DNA of 63,872 nucleotides, counting the filler, from Craspedostauros australis (taxonomy: Eukaryota), in assembly GCA_030167865.1 (NCBI GenBank). It is 9 parts of 9 records of this genome, joined end to end, with 100 filler letters (N's around TTAATTAATTAA, not from the genome) between each part and the next. Parts side by side here need not be neighbours in the genome. Positions count along the whole stretch, not along the records: positions 7,086 to 21,188 come from JALAGF010003855.1; 8 more parts are not named here. One strand, written 5' to 3'. Of the stretch, positions 10,259-21,288 are shown in pieces; position 1 is the first letter of the stretch, and each line of letters starts with the position of its first letter. The notes below the pieces were generated by a model. That model did not search any database. It was not told where the DNA came from and saw nothing but the letters and a program-made list of their open reading frames with translations. A program made the position numbers and the translations under genes.

Positions 10259-10987
10259 ATGAATGACTATCAACCAACACCATCTTCCATGATCATAGGT
10301 TACCGTGGGCGGAACTTGCCAACAACTGTTTGCCCATACTCTTGCAACAGATACGACGCATGCAACTTCCAAGAACGCACAACAACGCCAATCCAGATTG
10401 CCCCCAACTCCTGCAATGGCAACAGCGCCTGCTTTTTTACGAACGTATCCATTCCGCTGGATTCTTGCAACGGCGTCTACACCTGCACGTTCAACTACGG
10501 GAGTCTGGGCAAGAGCACCTGCAATGGCTACTCTGCGTGCAGTACCAACTATGACACGATCGCTGATTTGTCTTGCAACGGGATGTATGCGTGTGGCAAT
10601 AATAACAGGGATATCGCAAAAGGATCCTGCATGGGAGGATACGCGTGTTTTCGCAACATGGGAACGATCGAAGAGAATGCTTGCCATGGCTATGCCGCGT
10701 GCACCCGCAACGTCGACAAGATCGAAGAAGATTCGTGCTTTGGAAGATTTGCGTGCGACCGCAACAAGGCGAAGATCGAGAAGAAGTCTTGTATCGGCGA
10801 TAGCGCGTGCGAGAGATCCACCGGCGTCATCGGTAAGAAGGCCTGCATTGGAGAAGGGGCTTGCGTCTTCAACAAGGCCCCGGTTGGCGACGAAGCCTGC
10901 ATCGGTGTCAGAGCATGCTTTGCCAACAACGTCACCGTGTCAGATGGAGAATGCATCGGCGATCGTGTCTGCGCCGTGCAAATCTAG
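10259..10987 (+). CDS. Cys-rich 18-residue repeat protein ([SA]C-x-G-x-x-AC), apparently missing its 5' end
   Basis: About 12 tandem repeats such as SCNGMYACGNNNRDIAKG. No signal peptide in the ORF, unlike its paralogs. Confidence 0.7.
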   Translation: MNDYQPTPSSMIIGYRGRNLPTTVCPYSCNRYDACNFQERTTTPIQIAPNSCNGNSACFFTNVSIPLDSCNGVYTCTFNYGSLGKSTCNGYSACSTNYDTIADLSCNGMYACGNNNRDIAKGSCMGGYACFRNMGTIEENACHGYAACTRNVDKIEEDSCFGRFACDRNKAKIEKKSCIGDSACERSTGVIGKKACIGEGACVFNKAPVGDEACIGVRACFANNVTVSDGECIGDRVCAVQI

Positions 10988-11804
10988 AGTCGATGTGCTG
11001 CTCCAGCTATTCATATCAGTATGTTTATGAATACATGAATGTATGGAGAGTGAGCAAGTACAAGAGAATTGAAGATAAGCACTGACCATGTTAGTTCTGG
11101 CAACAGGTGAGGCAGAACAATATCTCGTTGCATTGTTCTCGAGCACATCCTCCGCTTGTTGGATCACTCTGCACCGTATGGAATGATCCAGAGTAGAGGG
11201 TCATTCGTACTGTCGACGTCTACAACTTTGAGCTCAGATGTATCACAGAGGGCAACTCGCTCTCCAGAATGTCGAATAGATTCGAATGGTGGGATAAGTA
11301 AGAAATGTTGCCCTCGTCATCCTCTCCGTGGCTGCAAAGAATTTTATTCATTCCGCAATTCATCTTTTCGGATGGAAATCATTCCTCAAGACCCATCTTC
11401 GAATCTGGATTGATTGAATCAGTTCGGTTGCCAATTCATCCTTCGATGCACCTGATGGGAAAGTTGCGTCATGGTCGTGCGGTTGTGCTCGCGCTCAGCT
11501 CATGTGTCTTGGGATGGTGTGCTGCGGACAGAAAGCCATCTTGTTCGTGATGGCCATTTCATACTTTCTCGGAAAGGAATCCACGATTTCGCGTTTGCAT
11601 CATGTCAGATTGTGAGGAAACGTCTTCTCTGATTGTGTCCACGGTGATGTGGTCATGTCTTCGTTGGTCTCATTGTTGACGCGTTACGCTGCGTTGCATT
11701 GCATGGCATTGCCCTGCCAAGCCAAGCACCGAGAGGAACGATGTTGGTGGCTTCTTGTGTGTGTTGGTTTGATGTGTTGGTGGATTCGGTGGTTGCGTGT
11801 TGGC

Positions 11805-12142
11805 TGACGTCACGTTGATGGGTGTGTTTTCTGTTGTTGGTCATTGTGAGCTATTTGTGGATTGGTGCGAACATGAATGAGCACGGCGAACCCTGTGCTG
11901 TTCCTGTCCATAAATCTGATATGTGCACTACTGAGCTGTACCGACCAATCACAAACCAGAAGAGAGGAAACGTCAACCCGAACTTCTCCAATCAAACTTC
12001 GCACATCACCAATGACACACGTCATCGTCCCATCCACCAATTCCTCTGCTGACTCTATCGCACACATCATCTCACTTTCCCATGTCAGAAGATTCCAAAC
12101 GAAACGAATGGAGACGATTGCGGAACGGAAACGTTTCACGTG
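11805..12142 (+). promoter_or_regulatory. ACGT-core (bZIP-type) motif cluster upstream of Lhcx copy 1
   Basis: TGACGTCA 11805-11812, CCAAT 11945-11949, ACGTCA 11970-11975, AAACGTTTCACGTG 12129-12142; all retained in copy 2. Confidence 0.45.
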
Positions 12143-12411
12143 ATGATTCGCAGTCATTCGATCTCTCCATCTCTGATGTGCGATGTTCTTGCACGTTGTT
12201 GCGTGTTGTTGACGGTGTGAACATGAACCGACTCTGTGCAACCTCACCACATCAAACAGGAAACACACGACAACACCACACTCCAAACCAAACGTCCAAT
12301 TCTCACCTCCATCCTCTCATAAAATCAACAACTTGACCAACACTCGATCAATCAATCAATCCAACCCACAACCCACAACCCACAACCCACAACCCACACC
12401 CAACAACAACC

Positions 12412-13041
12412 ATGAAGTTCACCGCCACCCTCATCGCTGCCCTCGCCGGTTCCGTCGCCGCCTTCGCTCCAATCCAGCAGTCCACCTCCGGATCCGCCCT
12501 CAAGGCCACCGCCGAGCTCCCAGGCGCCATCGCCCCAGTCGGATTCTTCGATCCACTCGGATTCGCTGAGAAGGCCGATGCCAACACCCTCAAGCGATAC
12601 CGCGAGGCCGAGCTCACCCACGGACGCGTCTCCATGCTCGCCGTCATTGGATTCCTCGTCGGAGAGAAGGTCGAGGGATCTTCCTTCCTCTTCGATTCCC
12701 AGATCAGTGGACCAGGTATCACCCACCTCTCCCAGGTCCCAGCCATCTTCTGGGTCCTCCTCACTGTTGGAATCGGCGCTGCCGAGACCCGACGTGCCGA
12801 GATGGGCTTCGTTGAGCCACAGGCCGTCCCAGTCGACCAGGCTGGACTCATGCGTGAGAACTACACTCCAGGTGACATCGGTTTCGATCCACTTGGCCTC
12901 AAGCCAGAGGACCCAGAGGAGCTCGCCATCATGCAGACCAAGGAGCTCCAGAATGGACGCCTTGCCATGCTCGCCGCCGCTGGTTTCATCGCCCAGGAGC
13001 TTGTCGACGGAAAGGGAATCATTGAGCACTTCACCGCTTAA
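12412..13041 (+). CDS. LHCX: Lhcx (LI818/LHCSR-like) photoprotective fucoxanthin-chlorophyll protein
   Basis: Signal peptide plus AAFAP; FFDPLG, KRYREAELTHGRVSMLA, GSSFLFD, KELQNGRLAMLA. Collinear with P. tricornutum Lhcx1 as recalled. Confidence 0.95.
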   Translation: MKFTATLIAALAGSVAAFAPIQQSTSGSALKATAELPGAIAPVGFFDPLGFAEKADANTLKRYREAELTHGRVSMLAVIGFLVGEKVEGSSFLFDSQISGPGITHLSQVPAIFWVLLTVGIGAAETRRAEMGFVEPQAVPVDQAGLMRENYTPGDIGFDPLGLKPEDPEELAIMQTKELQNGRLAMLAAAGFIAQELVDGKGIIEHFTA

Positions 13042-13329
13042 ATGGTTTGATCGTGCTCTGCTCTGGAGTATTCCACGACATTCCCTTTACCACCAAGTCA
13101 AGTCGAGCCAAGCGGATTATGCATCGCTGCTTGATCATGAAGCAGTGATATTGATCCGATGAGAGATGCTTGCATTCCAATACACCCGCACCCACCAATA
13201 CAGAGACTAAATTTAACCTTTTTCTTTTTCAATCAATCAACTATCACAAGTGTACGATACTGATACGACCCAATTCTCTTCTCTGCTTTCACTGCCCTGC
13301 GACAATTAGCAATCTCTATGGCATGTGTA

Positions 13330-14000
13330 TCGACATGCCGCAATACATGAACCGAGGCATGCTGAACTCTCCCAGAATTGACGCACAGCGCAGCATCGTG
13401 CGGACCAACGATGTTATCTCGCGGCTCTACCGCGATTTGTCAAAGCAGAGCACATGACGCATGGACGGAGCAAGGCTATCCCATTCATGGATCTTGACCA
13501 CTCCCCAACTTCCTCCCTTTGTTGAAGAACAGAGTTGCACACTTTCAATCCAAATCCAACCGTCCATCTTGCGATTCGACTTGTGTCGCAAGTCTGCATT
13601 GGATGTCGGCGTAGCTTCGTTCGTGAGTTGTGCGAGAGTGCTCTGCCACACCATCGAATCGAGTACTTTCCTGAAAGGTTGACGGAATGCAAGTCGATGG
13701 ATGCAGCAAGAAAGCACAACCGAAGGACACAATCGATTGGCATCGGAATGATTTGGCAAACAGACGTCATCTCAAAAAGCCGTGTGTCTCCTGACGATGT
13801 TTTCCACGAGTGCAATCTCGAGCTGTCTTCGCGATTGAAGTTGGTAGCCTTGCTGGCACAAGAGCAGAGCCGAAAGATGAGCAGCTTCCTCGCCCGTCGA
13901 TAGTTGGGGGCAACTATTGTGGAATAAGTTGCCGTGCCGAGATCATGATTTTCACGATGGATGGCAACAAAGAAATCGCTGTGCGGGTCCAGCCTACGCA
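13330..14000 (-). pseudogene. Possible heavily frameshifted RNI-like LRR gene remnant
   Basis: LRR-like pieces in different frames (LHSVNLSG, DNIVGPHDAAL); no continuous ORF. Confidence 0.25.
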
Positions 14001-14706
14001 CACGATGACAACGTCAACATGGCAGTTCTCGACAACACAAAAGACACTTTGAGGGTGCCGACCTCGCCAACTCTTCATCACAGAACAACTACTATACCCC
14101 ACTATGCATCGATCGTCGCGGCGGTGGGTCCCTGGCGACCGTCCAGTCCATGGCCTCATGTCATTCCTCTACTCGTACGTGTTGCTGCCATCGTCGCCCA
14201 ACGAGGACATTTGTGGCGAAGCCATTTTTTCGTCGATTGGATTTCGTGGGGATTGTCGTCTCTGCTTCAGACATCTGTTGTGGTCGCCTCGCGCTCAATG
14301 TGACAGAAGCCACATCGAACAACTTGGAAAGATCTCTTCGTGTGTCGAATGCCTCCAACGGTTGCGTTCGCAAACCAATTACTGTTCGTGGTTGGGGGAA
14401 ACTTTGGATCCGACTTCGAGTCACACAAATTTGTTGCTGGTCACCACATCCACAGCTTCACAAGGCGATGGAGTGTGGTCACCACCAACAGGAACGCATG
14501 ATACAAGGTTCCGTCGCGTGCTGACGAGTGATCCTCGAGGGTGCCAACCATTGCATGTCGCCCAGTATCACACTCATCTGTGTCGGACAGTGTGAATGTT
14601 GCTGAGGCAGATCCAACAAACAAAGACCACAAATGATCGCTTTCACCAAAAGGCGACGCAAGGGTCACAATTCTGAGAAACTGAAAAGACGAAGCAACTC
14701 ACAACC

Positions 14707-15206
14707 ATGCCAACCATGAAGAAGGAACTCATCGCCCTGGTCATCGGCCAGAGCCTCATGGCCAACGGCGTCGCTCCAAGCATCGACAGCCGCGAGGAGA
14801 GGCACGTGGCGCGCAAACAGAGGATTTCCAACGCAAAAGCTGGGCTCCGAGACGGGCTGGTTGCATTCCCTTCCACCAGATCCTTGGAAAAGACTGATGG
14901 TGCCATGGCTATGCCGCGTGCACCCGCAATGTCGACAAGATCGAAGAGGATTCGTGCTTTGGAAGATTTGCGTGCGACCGCAACAAGGCGAAGATCGAGA
15001 AGAAGTCTTGTATCGGCGATGGCGCGTGCGAGAGATCCACCGGCGTCATCGGTAAGAAGGCCTGCATTGGAGAAGGGGCGTGCGTCTTCAACATGGCCCC
15101 GATTGGCGACGAAGCCTGCATCGGTGTCAGAGCATGCTTTGCCAACAACGTCACCGTGGCAGATGGAGAATGCATCGGCGATCGTGTCTGCGCCGTGCAA
15201 ATCTAG
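14707..15206 (+). pseudogene. Internally deleted, frameshifted Cys-repeat gene
   Basis: Signal-peptide N-terminus (MKKELIALVIGQSLMA..AGLR, resembling 32669 VLAAALAQSVVFA..KGLR) is joined at 14901, 194 nt after the ATG and so out of frame, to the 3' half of the repeat gene. Confidence 0.7.
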
Positions 15207-16018
15207 AGTTGACGTGCTGCTACGGCTATTCATATCTCAGTATGTTAATGAATACATGAATGTATGGAGAGTGAGCAAGTACAAGAGAATTGAAGATAAG
15301 CACTCGCCATGTTAGTTTTGGCAACAGGTGAGGCAGAACAATATCTCGTTGCATTGTTCTCGAGCACGTCCTCCGCTTGTTGGATCACTCTGCACCGTAT
15401 GGAATGGTCCAGAGTAGAGGGTCATTCGTACTGTCGACGTCTACAACTTTGAGCTCAGATGTATCACAGAGCGCAACTCCCTCTCCAGAATGTCGAATAG
15501 ATTCGAATGGTGGGATAAGTAAGAACCATTGTCGCCGTCATCTCCGTGTCTGCGAAGATTCAATCCATTCCGCAATTCATCCTTTCGGATGGAAATCAGT
15601 CCTCAAGACTCATCTTCATCTCTGGATTGATTGAATCAGTTCGGTTGCCAATTCATCCTTCGATGCACCTGATAGAAAAGTTGCGTCATGGTTGCGCAGG
15701 TGTACTCGTCCTCAGCTCATGTGTCTTGGGATGGTGTGCTGCGGACAGAAAGCCATCTTGTTCATCCTGGCCACTTCATACTTTCTCGGAAAGGAATCCA
15801 CGATTTCGCATTTGCATCATGTCAGATTGTGAGGAAACGTCTTCTCTGATTGTGTCCACCCTGATGTGGTCATGCCTTCGTTGGTCTCGTTGTTGACGCG
15901 TTACGCTGCGTTGTGTTGCATTGCCCTGCCAAGTCAAGCGTTGAGAGAAACAACGTTGGTGGCTTCTTGTGTGTGTGTTGGCTTGATGTGTTGGTGGATG
16001 CGGTGGTTGCGTGTTGGC

Positions 16019-16366
16019 TGACGTCATGTTGATGGGTGTGTTGCTCGTTGTCAGTATTTCCCACCTGTTTGTGGATCTCTGTTGTTGCGAACATGAATGA
16101 GCGCGGCGAACCCTCTGTTGTTCCTGTCCATAAATCTGATATGTGCACTACTGAGCTGTACCGACCAATCACAAACCAGAAGAGAAGAAACGTCAACCCG
16201 AACTTCTCCAATCAAACTTGGCACATTGTCAATGACCCACGTCGTCGTCCCATCCACCCAATTCCTCTGCTGACTCCATCGCACACATCACCTCACTTTT
16301 CCCATGTCAGAAGATTCCAAACGAATGTGGAATCGAGACGATTGCGAAACAGAAACGTTTCACGTG
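16019..16366 (+). promoter_or_regulatory. ACGT-core motif cluster upstream of Lhcx copy 2
   Basis: TGACGTCA 16019-16026 and CACGTG 16361-16366 conserved despite nearby indels. Confidence 0.45.
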
Positions 16367-16614
16367 ATGATTCGCAGTCATTCGATGTCTCCATCTCTGA
16401 TGTGTGGTGTTGTTGTGCGTTGGTGCGTATTGTTGATGGTGTGAACATGAACCGACTCTGTGCAACCTCACCACATCAAACAGGAAACACACGACAACAC
16501 CACACTCCAAACCAAACGCCCACTTCTCACCTCCATCCTCTCATAAAATCAACAACTTGACCAACACTCGATCAATCAATCAATCCAACCCACAACCCAC
16601 AACCCACAACAACC

Positions 16615-17244
16615 ATGAAGTTCACCGCCACCCTCATCGCTGCCCTCGCCGGTTCCGCCGCCGCCTTCGCCCCAGTCCAGCAGTCCACCTCCGGATCTGC
16701 CCTCAAGGCCACCGCTGAGCTCCCAGGCGCCATCGCCCCAGTCGGATTCTTCGATCCACTCGGATTCGCCGAGAAGGCTGATGCCAACACCCTCAAGCGT
16801 TACCGCGAGGCCGAGCTCACCCACGGACGCGTCTCCATGCTCGCCGTCATTGGATTCCTTGTTGGAGAGAAGGTCGAGGGATCTTCCTTCCTCTTCGATT
16901 CCCAGATCAGTGGACCAGGTATCACCCACCTCTCCCAGGTCCCAGCCATCTTCTGGGTCCTCCTCACTGTTGGAATCGGCGCTGCCGAGACCCGACGTGC
17001 CGAGATGGGCTTCGTTGAGCCACAGGCCGTCCCAGTCGACCAGGCTGGACTCATGCGTGAGAACTACACTCCAGGTGACATTGGCTTCGATCCACTTGGC
17101 CTCAAGCCAGAGGACCCAGAGGAGCTCGCCATCATGCAGACCAAGGAGCTCCAGAATGGACGTCTTGCCATGCTCGCCGCCGCTGGTTTCATCGCCCAGG
17201 AGCTTGTCGATGGAAAGGGAATCATTGAGCACTTCACCGCCTAA
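16615..17244 (+). CDS. LHCX: Lhcx paralog 2
   Basis: 209 aa; differs from copy 1 only at V15A and I21V in the presequence. Confidence 0.95.
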   Translation: MKFTATLIAALAGSAAAFAPVQQSTSGSALKATAELPGAIAPVGFFDPLGFAEKADANTLKRYREAELTHGRVSMLAVIGFLVGEKVEGSSFLFDSQISGPGITHLSQVPAIFWVLLTVGIGAAETRRAEMGFVEPQAVPVDQAGLMRENYTPGDIGFDPLGLKPEDPEELAIMQTKELQNGRLAMLAAAGFIAQELVDGKGIIEHFTA

Positions 17245-19166
17245 ATGGTTTGATCGTGCTCTTCTCTGGAGTATTCCACGACATTCCCTTTACCACCAAG
17301 TCGAGCCAAGCGGATTATGCATCGCTGCTTGATCATGAAGCAGTGATATTGATCCGATGAGAGATGCTTGCATTCCAATACACCCGCAGCCACCAATACA
17401 GAGACTAAATTCAACCTTTTTCTTTTTCAAACACAACACACTCATGCAGCCCTATTTCGGTCGCCGACAGTCTCTCTCTCTCTGGAGATTGACGAACACC
17501 GACAATAGCTGCCGCTATGGTCCATCATTTGTTGGCATACCCGTAGTCCTTCCATGCATTCCATGCGACTGCTTACATTCGTGCCCCCAGTGACACAACG
17601 CAGATGCGAGTACCAAGGAACTTCCGCCCCAGCACAGGTAAAGATCTGGTTTTCCAGAGGAAGACGAGGACACACTGATAGTGGATGAAGAAGCAAATAG
17701 GATCATTGGTAATTGTTCTATTTATTGTATAATCTTCCACCCGTCAATGTAGTTTGATATCTCGGATATGGTACTCGTCTAGATACCAATACTCGTGGTC
17801 GCGGTTCGTCCAGGTGTCACGAACACAAGCAAGATGCTTGTGCACAGGATTCCCCAGCGAGTCGATGAGGCGTGGTACGGACAACCTTTCTTCATGATAC
17901 AGTAGAGCAGAGCGCTCTGCTGCAGAGTACTCTATTCCAGAGTCCATGACTACTCCTCCACTCCACTGTTCGCCCTTCCGAAGCTCCCAGAGCCATGTGA
18001 GCGCGTTTTGGATCGTGAAGAAGCACACGCACAACAAGCCCACATCACGAAAGTGCGGATGTCTGGGGTCGTATGAGCAACAAGGAGACGGCACAAAACC
18101 ACATATGTGAACTGTTGATTCGTGACAACATCACAAAGTTTCATCCTCCGCGCACAGGGACAGAGGATTCAAGCAGAGTGGTGTTCCAAGGCCACAAACA
18201 ATGTGCCGAGTGTGCTCTACCGACCTCCATGTCTGGGCTTGAGGTGGCGACATCTCACGCTAAACTCTCATTTTGGCCACCAGAGCGCATGCGATACTGC
18301 GTCATACCTCCTTGAACGAAACTCTGTGTTGTGGGTCCTGTGGCGTTTGGGCTGTGTCGCGACAGTTATCCAATCATGTGACGCAACATGCTCTGCTCGA
18401 ACTCTGCACGTGCTGACATGACTTTGTATTGACGCCATTTGGGTGTGCAATGGATTGTAGATGAATGCACGGCGGAGTATCGTGCAATGTCGTGGGATGT
18501 TCGTCGAGCATTCTGACGCGAACGGCAACGACTTCCCTGATCAACGGCGCCATAAGCACTAACGAATTGATATCACGAATTGGCCGAATCAGCAACGGAC
18601 AAGAGAGATTCTACGACACGCAAGAATCCAGACGAGCATCGCACAGAGAGAATTATCATGATGAAGCAACCGGCACCAATCAGGGCTAAACATGCGCTGA
18701 CACCGAAAGGAAAAAGCAGTTTGGAGTATCACCAAAGCGAAAAGCGAGTAAGGATCACATTCACCAACATCACATGAGACGTCACAGGAACGACAAATAA
18801 TGTGTATCTTTGCGACGGATGGACAGACAGACGAGTGTGTGTGCGAGAGCATGGCCAAAATCACTGTGGTTGACCAAAGAAACAACAAGTCGATGAACAA
18901 CAGGCGTCGGTTGTTGTTTGCGTTCTCATCCGCCTCTGATCCAGAACTGTTTCTTCATCACGTCTCACCACAACAACAAAACGCAACAGAGCACTCCGCG
19001 CTCCACAGAACAACAGTGTGGACGAAGCCGACCAAACAATTGTCGGTGTTGCACTGTTCGCAAGGAGCATACTCCCACCCCACGATCATTCGCGAAGCAA
19101 TCACAAAGAGGAGTGCCATAATACCACGATACGATACCACCCCTCCAAACACAACTCATCAACAAC

Positions 19167-21188
19167 ATGCGAGAGGAAGGATCCAACAACAGCGGCCCCC
19201 GCGGCACCAAAGCGGCTGCCATTTGCAAGCCCATGCCATGGGCGTGGACCGTGGCCATTGCCACCCTGCTGCTGATCAGCAGCTGTACCACGCACGCTGA
19301 TCAACGCACCAAGCGACACCAGAGGCCCCTGCACATCCAACGAGCTGCATTGGCACGAAAAGTGGATGTCGAATCAGCTCCGCAGGCGTTGCTCAATGGA
19401 ACAGGTACTACGTCCACAAGGCGCTTGGATGGCCATCAACACTCGATGGATGATCTGGAGGTACCTGTTCCAATCACCTCCGACCGCGTGATCGTCCATT
19501 GTGTCTACGGCGAGGAAGAGGAATGCTTGGAGCAAGTGAAGGAGTTTGTCCATGAAGAGGACGACTCGATTGAGATCGTCCACGAATTGCTCGGCACCAG
19601 CTTCGTGGCTGTCAAGATTCCGATCACCAAACAAGAAAGCTTGAAGCAGCTCCCGGCTGTGTTCGATATTGAGGAGGATGTTCCGCGCATTCTCGTCCCG
19701 ACTGTGGAGTCTGACGACATTCCCATCGAAGCCGCGAGCGATCAATCGGCATTCTTCCAGATTATCCCATACGGCATCGATATGGTGCGGGCGCGTGAGG
19801 TTTGGTCTAAATACCAAACGAAGGGAGCCGGAGTGAGGGTCTGTGTCATCGACAGCGGGTTGGCGCCCCACCAAGACATCAACGCCGACAATCTGCTTGG
19901 TGGGATCGACTTCACCGACGAGGACGACTTCGTAAGTCACGCTATCGTTGCTTCCTTGCCTTTACTTCGTGTTGCCTTGCTTTTTCAGTGTTTCCCTTCG
20001 CCTTCGCCTTTGCTTTGGCCATCGATTCGAAGGACAGACATGTTGATCTGGAAGGATCTACTATACTCTACTTTTCAAAACTATACGCCATCGCAATTTG
20101 TGAGCATCAGTCCCAGTCGTAACATCAGCCGCAAGCCACGCTAACACACGTGCCCACCTCATCCTTGCTCTGCGCCATGTGATTGCCTATCGAAACCACC
20201 ATCGCAGACGTCCGATGGAAATGGACATGGGACACACGTCACGGGAACTATCGCAGCAGCAGACAACGACATCAACGTGGTCGGTGTCGCCCCAGATGTC
20301 ACCTTGATCATTCTGCGCAGTCTTGATGATCAAGGGAGAGGCTTTGCAACCGACACCATGGATGCTGTCCTGGCCTGCGCAAGTAACGGTGGCGAAGTCA
20401 TCAATCTTAGCTTGGGCGGAAACGTATCGACGGTTGCAGAAGCCGAGACGTACCAGCAAGTCACCAGTGACGGCATTGTCGTGGTTGCCGCTGCCGGGAA
20501 TTCGGGGCTGATTGAGTTTCTCTACCCTGCCTCCTACCCATCCGTCATCAGCGTCGCAAACGTGGACTCCTTCGGGAACATTGCATCCTCGTCAACAAGA
20601 AACATCAGGATGGATGTATCAGCCCCTGGTCAATACGTGATAAGTCTCAGCAACGACGGGTACTCCATAACGACGTTGTCAGGAACTTCAATGGCAGCAC
20701 CGCATGTCAGCGGTCTCGCCGCGCTGTTGAAGAGCATTGACCCCAGTGCCACCCCCTTTGACATCCGCAGAGCTCTCTCGTTGACAGCAGTTGACAGGTC
20801 CGTCGAGGGTCTGGACGGCGTGTACGGATACGGCATTGTGGATGGCGTGCAGGCTGCTGACTTCTTGACAGGCACGTACAATCAGAACGGGAACTGCGCG
20901 CCTGACGAGCAGCTCATCACTGTGCGACTCACAACGGATGACTACCCGCTGGAGACCAGCTGGGAGATTTGGCAAGACGATGTGGCCTTGCTGCGCTACA
21001 TGGGTTTCGACCCCAATTCCGAAGTGACGATCAATGAGTGCATCCCGACAACCGGTTGCCTCGTGTTCATCCTTCGGGATACTTACGGCGACGGGATCTG
21101 CTGTGAAGATGGTGCCGGCAGCGTGGAGGTGGAGCTGGATGGGCAGCTGCTGTTCGTCGACAACTTCGAAGATGGCGAATTCACAGGC
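19167..21188 (+). CDS. S8 subtilisin-like serine protease; exons 19167..19931 and 20208..>21188, 3' end cut by the contig break
   Basis: Hydrophobic N-terminal segment, propeptide, catalytic VIDSG / HGTHVTG / GTSMAAPHV and oxyanion AAAGN. Phase-0 intron GTAAGT..CGCAG at 19932..20207. Confidence 0.92.
20546..21188 (+). repeat. Terminal direct repeat copy B (matches 7086..7728)
   Basis: Same sequence as the contig start. Confidence 0.96.
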
Positions 21189-21288
21189 NNNNNNNNNNNN
21201 NNNNNNNNNNNNNNNNNNNNNNNNNNNNNNNNTTAATTAATTAANNNNNNNNNNNNNNNNNNNNNNNNNNNNNNNNNNNNNNNNNNNN
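21189..21288. other. Artificial contig linker
   Basis: N44-TTAATTAATTAA-N44. Confidence 0.98.

Larger units (their letters stand above)
10682..13232 (+). repeat. Diverged segmental duplication copy 1 (partner 14901..17430)
   Basis: Covers the Cys-repeat 3' half, intergenic DNA, Lhcx and its 3' UTR. Scattered SNPs and indels distinguish the copies. Confidence 0.95.
14901..17430 (+). repeat. Diverged segmental duplication copy 2 (partner 10682..13232)
   Basis: Alignment starts at tgccatggctatgcc and ends at ctttttcaa. Confidence 0.95.

Noticed and set aside
10259..10987. Calling the Cys-repeat protein an antifreeze protein
   Set aside because: Cys spacing is similar but there is no regular Thr-x-Thr face; function is unsupported.
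12360..12410. (CCCACAA)n as a telomeric repeat
   Set aside because: Short, inside the Lhcx 5' leader, and typical of CA-rich diatom leaders.
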